Shown: positions 56,791 through 64,000 of the stretch, piece by piece | Layout of the letters: the number at the start of each line of letters is the position of its first letter | How positions within the stretch are numbered: the first letter of the stretch is position 1 | DNA from: an uncultured bacterium | GTDB lineage: Bacteria; Chloroflexota; UBA5177; JANWHV01 | DNA length: 64,000 nt | Assembly: GCA_963827235.1 (NCBI GenBank) | Contig: CAWHAE010000016.1 | Coordinates: forward strand, 64,001 to 128,000 | Direction of reading: 5' to 3' | Translations under genes and position numbers: made by a program | Notes under the pieces: generated by a model | Database searches by the model: none | Told to the model about the DNA's origin: nothing | The model's input: the letters and a program-made list of their open reading frames with translations, nothing else

Positions 56791-59628
56791 CTATGCTGGC
56801 TCGGCGTCCTCGGCCAGCGGAAGCGTAAGGAGAAACACGCTGCCATCCGCGCCGGTAGACTCGAGATCCAAGTCCCCACCCATCGCCCGGGCTAAGCTGC
56901 GACCGAGGAACAGCCCCAGTCCTGTTCCGACCCGGCCGGCCCGCAGCCGGCTACCCGGCACGCAGCCAAATCGCGTGAACAGGCGGTCCCGTCCCTCTTC
57001 GGATATGCCGGAGCCGTGGTCTCGCACGCGTATGAATGCATGCGAGCCGTTCCGCGCCCAGCAAACACTGATCGGTGACAGCTCGGGTGAATACTTCGCA
57101 GCATTGTCGATGACGTTCGAGAGTATCTGCAACGTCTGATCCGGATCGGCAAGCACTGCCAGACCCGCCGGACCATCCACCGCGACCACCTGACCACGGT
57201 AGCTGGCTCGCACTTCCTCGGCAGCGCGGTCGATCAGCCTATCGATGCACACCGATATGGTAGCGGGCACGATGGCACCTATCTCCATTCGGCTCAAGAT
57301 CAGCAGCTCCTCAACCATGCGTTTCTGCCTGTTCGCCGCAGCAACGATGCGACGAATCCGGTCGAGCCGATCCTCATCCGGCATGTCGTCCCATCGAGCC
57401 TCGAGCAGCTCGGCATAACCGACAATAGCCGTCAGGGGCGTGCGGAGCTCGTGGCTCACCGAGGCCACAAAACCGCTACGCAGCCGCGCCAGCTCGTCGG
57501 CAGCCGCCGCCTGATGCTCGAGGAGCTCCTCGGCCAGCTTCAGCTCGGTGATATACCGCGATATGCCGACGAGCCCCACGACGTGACCGTGTTCGACGAT
57601 CGGCACTTTCGTCGACTGGACCCAGGTCGGCCGCCCCGTGAGCTCGGAGTGATCCTCTATGGAGCCGACGATGGGAACACCGGTAGCCATCATGCGCTGT
57701 TCGCTGTCATATAGGGGTTGGGCAAGACTGATGGGAAAGTAGTCAAAGTCCGTCTTGCCGAGGATCCCAGATGGGTCGTCCGCACCCTTGTGGCGCGCGT
57801 GCGCCAGGTTTGCGCGGGTGAAGCGCGAGTCTCGATCCTTGAAGTAGATCATGTCCGGCACGGAGTCCATCAGCGTGCGAAGCAGGCCACGTTCGACCTC
57901 TAGAGAGTGCAGCAGATCTTCACGTTCCAGCACGGGCGAGAGAAGATCGGCCAGGTCCGACACCACGTCGTCGTTGTCGTCGAACTGGTTCGGGAAGGGA
58001 CTCTCAAGGGAGTCGACCAACGCCAGGACGCCCCAATCGGAGGTTGCAGTGCGCAGAGGAACGAGGATTACCGGTTCGGCGCTGGTGCCGTCGGGCGCGA
58101 CATGAATGAACTCGGCAGGCGGGAAGGAATCTACCGTCCATCGGCTTCCAGCCTGGACCGGCATGGAGCCATACCGGCCGTAACTCGCTTGGATCTCGAG
58201 CAACGGGGGGCATCGATCATTGCCCCGCGCATCCCAGCGTGCGAGGCACGCACGAACAACCGAGGTACCTTGCAGCCACGACATGTTGCGCAGGGCGTCA
58301 CCCTTGGCGCTCAGCAGGCTGGAGCTGATCGCGAGATTGCGCCGGGCGGCTTGCTCCAGATGGTCGCACCGCAGCTCGCCGACAGCCTGGCAGGCGCGCA
58401 TGCACTCGAGGAGGTTCTGCTGCACGTACGCCTCGAGCCCCTTACGTGCCGCGGTATCGCCAACACGTTCCCACAGCGATCTTGCTACCTGTTCAAACAG
58501 CCTAAAGGCGGAGTACAGCGCCTCGATGTTTGAGGCAGCGATGCTGGCCGCGCTCCAAGCCTGCGCGAGCGAGCCGGGCGACAACTCAGGGGCACCTTGC
58601 GAAGCGCCGGCCAGACCTGCCACGATAGTGGAGACTCCCGGCCAGATCTGCTGCGGCTGCCGGCCCTTCGTCAACCGCGATGGAAAGATGAGCTGGGCGA
58701 CAAGGCGTTCCGCCACTGCTGCCGCCGAGTCGCTCCCGTCCGTGGCCAAGGAGGCGAGAGTATCCCTCAGGTAGGTGGCCGTCGGCTGGCAGCCACAGGA
58801 GTAGCGCTGAATGAGTGTAGTGGGCACATAGGTGCGTGTAGGCACCCTTACCCGGCCAGACATCAAGCCGAGCGCCAATTCTGCCGCAGTGGCACCAAGC
58901 TCGTTGAGATTCTGCCGCACGGTGGTAAGAGGCGGCTTGACTCGCTGTGCCGCGGGCATGTCGTCGACTCCGACCACGGCCAGGTCGTCCGGGATCCGGT
59001 AGCCGGCAGATTGCACCTCCTCAATCAGGGCTACCGCATTCACATCGGCTGCCGCAAATACCGCCGTGCAAGGAATCCCATCGCCGATCAGGCGTCGGGC
59101 CGCGGCCCCTGTGTCGCGACTGCCGTTGTCGGAAAGATAGAGCAATGCCGGATCGGGCTCGATGCCGTGTTCTCGAAGGGTACGTGTGTAGCCCTCGTAC
59201 CGTTCCCGTGCCTCGTACCTGTTCAGGCACCCGACGAAGGCGATGCGCCGATGACCATGTTCCATCAAGTGTTCCACGGCGGATTTCGCAATGCCCGCGT
59301 TATCCGAGATCACTTCCGGAATGTCCAGCCCCGGGTAGGCAGCGGCGACGCCGACGATCGGCTTACCGGACCGGAGCAGGGCGGCGGCGTCGGCCCTGGC
59401 GACGGCATCCTGAACGAAGACGTAGGCGTCGATACTGGCCGTCGCAAATGGAACAAGCGGCGCCGGCGCCGGCGCTGCCATGTAGTCAAGCATCGGGGGC
59501 GTGGTCTGCAGCACCACGAGTTGCGCACCTTGGCGGCGCGCCGCACGATCGATCCCTCGGAGCACCCTACGGAAGTAGCGACCGCTGGCCAGCGGTGTTA
59601 TCACTCCAATCGTATGGCGTTTATACAT
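56791..59628 (-). CDS. Cytoplasmic histidine kinase with LacI-type sugar-binding domain and PAS
   Basis: DN...AVEHL..HGHRRIAF, ERY.GY, D..A, PDDLAVVG.DD, PPLTTVRQ, RYSCGC (LacI core, no HTH); PAS; SHELRTPL, SNVIDNAAKYS, DHGSGI, GTGLGL. Confidence 0.9.
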   Translation of the reverse strand: MYKRHTIGVITPLASGRYFRRVLRGIDRAARRQGAQLVVLQTTPPMLDYMAAPAPAPLVPFATASIDAYVFVQDAVARADAAALLRSGKPIVGVAAAYPGLDIPEVISDNAGIAKSAVEHLMEHGHRRIAFVGCLNRYEARERYEGYTRTLREHGIEPDPALLYLSDNGSRDTGAAARRLIGDGIPCTAVFAAADVNAVALIEEVQSAGYRIPDDLAVVGVDDMPAAQRVKPPLTTVRQNLNELGATAAELALGLMSGRVRVPTRTYVPTTLIQRYSCGCQPTATYLRDTLASLATDGSDSAAAVAERLVAQLIFPSRLTKGRQPQQIWPGVSTIVAGLAGASQGAPELSPGSLAQAWSAASIAASNIEALYSAFRLFEQVARSLWERVGDTAARKGLEAYVQQNLLECMRACQAVGELRCDHLEQAARRNLAISSSLLSAKGDALRNMSWLQGTSVVRACLARWDARGNDRCPPLLEIQASYGRYGSMPVQAGSRWTVDSFPPAEFIHVAPDGTSAEPVILVPLRTATSDWGVLALVDSLESPFPNQFDDNDDVVSDLADLLSPVLEREDLLHSLEVERGLLRTLMDSVPDMIYFKDRDSRFTRANLAHARHKGADDPSGILGKTDFDYFPISLAQPLYDSEQRMMATGVPIVGSIEDHSELTGRPTWVQSTKVPIVEHGHVVGLVGISRYITELKLAEELLEHQAAAADELARLRSGFVASVSHELRTPLTAIVGYAELLEARWDDMPDEDRLDRIRRIVAAANRQKRMVEELLILSRMEIGAIVPATISVCIDRLIDRAAEEVRASYRGQVVAVDGPAGLAVLADPDQTLQILSNVIDNAAKYSPELSPISVCWARNGSHAFIRVRDHGSGISEEGRDRLFTRFGCVPGSRLRAGRVGTGLGLFLGRSLARAMGGDLDLESTGADGSVFLLTLPLAEDAEPA

Positions 59629-59896
59629 CTCTCCATGCTCTGTCAAGGAGTGGCTATGCCCAGGCATCACGCGCAGACCCATGCACCGAGCTCAGGCGTG
59701 CTCATCGTACGAGCAACGTGGCGCACCCGCAAGAGCCCGTTTGGCCAGGCGGAGTCAGGTACACTGTGCCGGTCGGCGCGCCGGGCAAGCGACATGTCGT
59801 GCTTTGCGAGACACACGCGTAAGGAACATGGCTCAGCGCGTGCACGAAGAGGAGTTCCGCTGTGTCCGCCCTTTTCGTTCCTACCGTGGCACAGCA

Positions 59897-59947
59897 TCAC
59901 GTCGATTGCACACGAAGTCACGTCGGAACAGCTGTTTTCTATAAGAT
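59897..59947 (+). promoter_or_regulatory. Putative activator-dependent promoter: 21-bp-period direct repeats plus -10
   Basis: TCACGTCG at 59897 and 59918; TAAGAT at 59942 would place the second repeat over the -35 position. Confidence 0.4.
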
Positions 59948-60384
59948 ATGACGAATGGACTGGGCAATGATGACGGACGGCTATTACGCATTGACCGGGA
60001 TGGGTGCATGCTAAGTGCCCGCTCGTGTGCGTGTGGCGTGCGCGGCGGGTCGTGCACGGTTCGCGTAAGGAGCCGGCAGCTCTAGGTGCGGCGCATCTTG
60101 GCCCTGCGGTAGGCGTTGGACACGCCATCAACCGCCGGCAGCGACCGGCACGGTGGGAGCAGTCGATGGGCAGGCGATTCCTGCTTATGCTACGGCTCAT
60201 CCTCCTGAGGCCGGCATTGGGCTTGGCGCACGTGCCTCGCGCAGAGGGACTCATGTCCGTCGCGATCGTGACCCAGAGCACCGCGGACTCCGCAGCCTCT
60301 TTCACCGCCGGGCAGGCGTCACCCTCATTAGCTGCTTGTCAAGCCAGAGAACATCCGTACTCGCGCAAAGGAGTGTATCCAACG

Positions 60385-63300
60385 ATGACTCTCCAACAGC
60401 ACGTGCGCGGTACCGTCGCCGCGCTGATCTCGGTCATGCTTGTGTTCCTGCCGCCGCTGGCCGGAGCGCCTCGCTCTGTGACACACGCAGCTGCTACGTC
60501 GATTTGCGAGCCTACCGGCATGTGCGCGACCGTGGACTCGAGCGGCGCATACAGCATCACGACCCAGACTCCGGCCTGGACGTTTGGCGGCACCGCCGGT
60601 CATACGCTGAGCGCGGTCACGGTCGCGAGCGGCACCGATGCTATCGGTAGCTATACCGAGATTACCTTTGGCTGGCAGGGAGGCGTGGCCCGCACGGGCG
60701 GCATCCGCATCTACGCAAGCAACATGAGCGTGCTCTTCACGACGCAGTATCTCGCAGCAGCCGCCAACGCCGAGCCATTCCCAACGTTGGCAACTTATCC
60801 TTACGATCCCTACCATCTTGACTACCAGCACGGAGCTTTCTCTACGTATGAGTTCCGGTGGGCTAGCGACCAAGGGCCCTGGCTCTCCTTCGATGGGAGC
60901 GACGAGGCCTTTCTGCTTTCGCCCGCAGCAAACTACATGACGTCGCAGATCGTCAAGAACGCCGACAGCTCTCTCTCCAGCCGGATCGACACCCGCATCG
61001 CCAATCTGCCGCAGGGTTTCACGCACCGCACCATACTGACCGTCGGCATCGGGATAAACCACGTCTACGATATGTGGGGCTCAGCGCTCACGGCGCTAGG
61101 CGGCAAGACACGCGCCGCCAACAACGCCGACGTCACATTGAGTAAGCTCGGCTACTGGACCGACAACGGTGCCACATACTACTACAACTATGACACTACC
61201 CTGGGTTACGAGGGCACGCTGCAGACTGTGCGCAGCGACTTCGCGGCCAAAGGCATTCAGCTCGGCTACCTGCAGATCGATAGCTGGTGGTATCCCAAGG
61301 GCGCTAGCGACACCTGGCAGGGGGACCCAACGGGCAACCGCGGTGGGGAATACGTCTACACCGCGGCACCTGACCTTCTTCCTGATGGACTGAGCCACTT
61401 CCAGCAGACGCTGGGTCTCCCACTCATCACCCATGCACGCTGGATCGATCCGGCGAGTCCGTACCGCACCCAGTACCAGATGTCCAACAATGTCTCGATC
61501 GATCCCAACTTCTGGAATACGATCTTCAGCTACATCCATGGAGGAGGCGTCCTGACCTACGAGCAGGACTGGCTCGACGGAGCGGCCACGACGAGCTTCA
61601 ACCTGAACGATCCTTACGCCTTCCTGGACAACATGGCCGCGGCGGCGCGAGCCAACGGAATGACGTTGCAGTACTGCATGGCCACGCCCGACTACTTCCT
61701 GCAGGGCACCAACTACACCAACTTGGTCAGCATGCGCGTCAGCTCCGATCGGTTCGGTAGCGACAAGTGGGATCGGTTCCTCTACGGCTCGCGGCTAGCT
61801 AAATCGATGGACATCTGGCCCTGGTCCGACGTCTTCATGAGCACTGAGACCACCAACTTGCTGCTCAGCACCCTCTCCGGCGGCATAGTTGGAGTGGGCG
61901 ATCCGATCGGCAGCGAAAACCCGGCCAATCTCCTCCAGGCGATTCTCCCCGATGGCACAATCGTGAAGCCTGACGACTCGCTCATCCCAACAGACGAGAC
62001 CTACATCAACGACGCCCAAGGCAACTCGGGTCCGATGGTGGGCTACACGTACACCGATCACACGGGCCTGCGGGACGCCAATGTCTTCGCCTACAGCCGG
62101 AGCACAACCGCCAACCAAACGGCAAGCTTTTCGCTGGCGGAGGTGGGTATCACCACGGCGGCCTATGTCTACAACTACTTCTCGCATGCAGGCACCGTGG
62201 TTCCGGCCGGCGGCACGTACAGCGATTCGGTGAGCCATAGCGGCACATACTATCTCGTCACACCAATCGGCCAGTCGGGTATCGCCTTGATCGGCGATGC
62301 GGGCAAGTTCGTCGCTGCAGGGCGCGCACGCGTCGGCCACCTGGACGACGACGGCGCCGTGCACGCGACCATCAGCTTTGCCGACAAGGAAGGTCCGGTC
62401 ACCCTGTTTGGCTATGCGCCGTATGTCCCAACTGTATCTGCGACCAACGGCGCGGTCGGCAACATGGTCTACGATGGGGCGACGAAGCGCTTCAGCTTTG
62501 TCGTGTCGCAAGGCTCCGGGCTGGCGGCAAGCATCACGCTCACGCCGTCCGCGCCGTCATGTCCCAGTGGTTGGAGCTGCGTCGATATCGGTGCGCCGAG
62601 CCCGGCGGGCAGCCAGTCTCTGAACGCCGGGGCCTGGACCATCTCGGGGGGCGGCGCCGACATCGGCAGCACCGTCGACCAGTTCCACCTGGTCTACCAG
62701 CCGGTGAACGGGGATAGCACGCTGGCCGCTCAAGTGCTCACGCAGACCAACACGAACCTGGCGGCCAAGACCGGCCTGATGCTGCGCGCGACGACCAATC
62801 CCGCTGCCCCCTTCTACGCCGTGTTCGTCACGGCCGGCAACGGCGTGGAGGCCATGTGGCGCACCACGCAGGGCGCCACGGCCGGTAAGACCAGCTATGT
62901 CGGCCAGCTCGTGCCGGTGTACCTGAAGCTCACCCGCACAGGAAACAGCTTCAGCGCCTACTACAGCAAGGACGGCGCCGCATACACCCTGGTACCGGGC
63001 TCGACGCAGAGCTTCGGCCTGGCAACCAGCCTCCTCGGAGGAGTGCCAATCACGTCGCACAACAACGGTACCCTCGGCACCGCCGCGTTCGGCATGGTGG
63101 CGATTACTGCCGCTTCGCCGTCTGCCACTTCCACGGTCACACTGACCGCCACGAGGACCACGACCGCCACGCCAATGCCGACCGGCACTTGGACTGCCAC
63201 GCCCACATCCACGGCGACGCTCACCGCCACACCGCTTCCTGCCAGCTCGAGCCCGACCCCGACTGCCACCGGCACGCTCGCACCATCATGTCCCAGTGGT

Positions 63301-63837
63301 TGGAGCTGCGTCGACATCGGTGCGCCGAGCCCGGCGGGCAGCCAGTCTCTGAACAACGGGGCCTGGACCATCTCGGGGGGCGGCGCCGACATCGGCAGCA
63401 CCGTCGACCAGTTCCACCTGGTCTACCAGCCGGTGAATGGGGATAGCACGCTGGTCGCTCAAGTGCTCACGCAGACCAATACGAACCTGGCGGCCAAGAC
63501 CGGTCTGATGCTGCGCGTGACGACCGATCCCGCTGCCCCCTTCTACGCCGTGTTCGTCACGGCCGGCAACGGCGTGGAGGCCATGTGGCGCACCACGCAA
63601 GGCGCCACGGCCGGCAAGACCAGCTATGTCGGCCAGCTCGTGCCGGTGTACCTGAAGCTCACCCGCACAGGAAACAGCTTCAGCGCCTACTACAGCAGGG
63701 ACGGCGCCGCATACACCCTGGTACCGGGCTCGACGCAGAGCTTCGGCCTGGCAACCAGCCTCCTCGGAGGAATGCCAATCACGTCGCACAACAACGGCAC
63801 GCCGGGCACTGCTACACTCGACGACGTGTCGCTCTAG
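60385..63837 (+). CDS. Secreted putative glycoside hydrolase (clan GH-D-like barrel) with two C-terminal beta-sandwich (DUF1349/ConA-like) modules
   Basis: AAGGAG RBS, signal peptide; GYWTDNG..YYY, YLQIDSWWY, YEQDW, QYCM, RVSSD; duplicated W...DIG....GS...GGG.DI....DQF module with a Thr/Pro linker. Confidence 0.75.
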   Translation: MTLQQHVRGTVAALISVMLVFLPPLAGAPRSVTHAAATSICEPTGMCATVDSSGAYSITTQTPAWTFGGTAGHTLSAVTVASGTDAIGSYTEITFGWQGGVARTGGIRIYASNMSVLFTTQYLAAAANAEPFPTLATYPYDPYHLDYQHGAFSTYEFRWASDQGPWLSFDGSDEAFLLSPAANYMTSQIVKNADSSLSSRIDTRIANLPQGFTHRTILTVGIGINHVYDMWGSALTALGGKTRAANNADVTLSKLGYWTDNGATYYYNYDTTLGYEGTLQTVRSDFAAKGIQLGYLQIDSWWYPKGASDTWQGDPTGNRGGEYVYTAAPDLLPDGLSHFQQTLGLPLITHARWIDPASPYRTQYQMSNNVSIDPNFWNTIFSYIHGGGVLTYEQDWLDGAATTSFNLNDPYAFLDNMAAAARANGMTLQYCMATPDYFLQGTNYTNLVSMRVSSDRFGSDKWDRFLYGSRLAKSMDIWPWSDVFMSTETTNLLLSTLSGGIVGVGDPIGSENPANLLQAILPDGTIVKPDDSLIPTDETYINDAQGNSGPMVGYTYTDHTGLRDANVFAYSRSTTANQTASFSLAEVGITTAAYVYNYFSHAGTVVPAGGTYSDSVSHSGTYYLVTPIGQSGIALIGDAGKFVAAGRARVGHLDDDGAVHATISFADKEGPVTLFGYAPYVPTVSATNGAVGNMVYDGATKRFSFVVSQGSGLAASITLTPSAPSCPSGWSCVDIGAPSPAGSQSLNAGAWTISGGGADIGSTVDQFHLVYQPVNGDSTLAAQVLTQTNTNLAAKTGLMLRATTNPAAPFYAVFVTAGNGVEAMWRTTQGATAGKTSYVGQLVPVYLKLTRTGNSFSAYYSKDGAAYTLVPGSTQSFGLATSLLGGVPITSHNNGTLGTAAFGMVAITAASPSATSTVTLTATRTTTATPMPTGTWTATPTSTATLTATPLPASSSPTPTATGTLAPSCPSGWSCVDIGAPSPAGSQSLNNGAWTISGGGADIGSTVDQFHLVYQPVNGDSTLVAQVLTQTNTNLAAKTGLMLRVTTDPAAPFYAVFVTAGNGVEAMWRTTQGATAGKTSYVGQLVPVYLKLTRTGNSFSAYYSRDGAAYTLVPGSTQSFGLATSLLGGMPITSHNNGTPGTATLDDVSL
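62557..63809 (+). repeat. Near-identical intragenic duplication of about 524 bp
   Basis: 62557-63080 and 63286-63809 (offset 729) match apart from scattered substitutions, mostly transitions. Confidence 0.95.
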
Positions 63838-64000
63838 CGAGAGAGCAGAAAGGAATCTCAGAACTCCTTCATCGGTGCCGGCAAGGCGAACCGTGGCTTC
63901 ACGGCCATTCCCCGATCGCACGAGCATACACGTCGCCGTCTGCTGCGTGGGCGGAAGACAGGCAACCGCGTTACGAAGTCAAGGAGCCTACCGCAGATGG

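Noticed and set aside
62557-63809. Possible DGR template/variable repeat pair
   Set aside because: Differences are mostly C/T and mixed transitions rather than adenine-specific; both copies are in-frame domains; no reverse transcriptase in the window.

Overview
High-GC bacterial chromosomal window. Gene content and a GAAC-N4-GTAC SOS-box-like site suggest a Chloroflexota/Terrabacteria-type organism (inference). Left to right: 3' end of thioredoxin; a divergent HDOD/CheC pair; EamA; cfa-type methyltransferase; a two-gene operon encoding a membrane-anchored TIR-nSTAND-WD40 protein and a SLOG-SLATT-SLATT membrane protein (best candidate for an undescribed Thoeris/NLR-like immune system); a large M23 peptidase; MscS; a hydrolase; tRNA-Arg(TCT) and tRNA-His(GTG). 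An approximately 8 kb decaying accessory region follows the tRNAs (putative SOS-controlled orphan gene, NERD nuclease, mosaic secreted-protein fragments). Then come a membrane GGDEF/degenerate-EAL protein, a secreted Ig-like repeat protein, Mut7-C, AKR and an FAD oxidoreductase. A sugar-catabolic cluster (two paralogous convergent ABC systems, kdgK, two eda) is bracketed by a corrinoid protein and a stand-alone homocysteine S-methyltransferase, a candidate methyl-sugar demethylation pathway. The right end holds two PAS-GGDEF cyclases (one with an N-terminal HTH), an LRA5-like SDR, a LacI-sensor histidine kinase and a secreted clan GH-D-like glycosidase with a duplicated C-terminal module. Several single-base indels may be assembly errors. 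No CRISPR array, rRNA, integrase or transposase was seen. All assignments come from motif recognition by eye; no database search was run.
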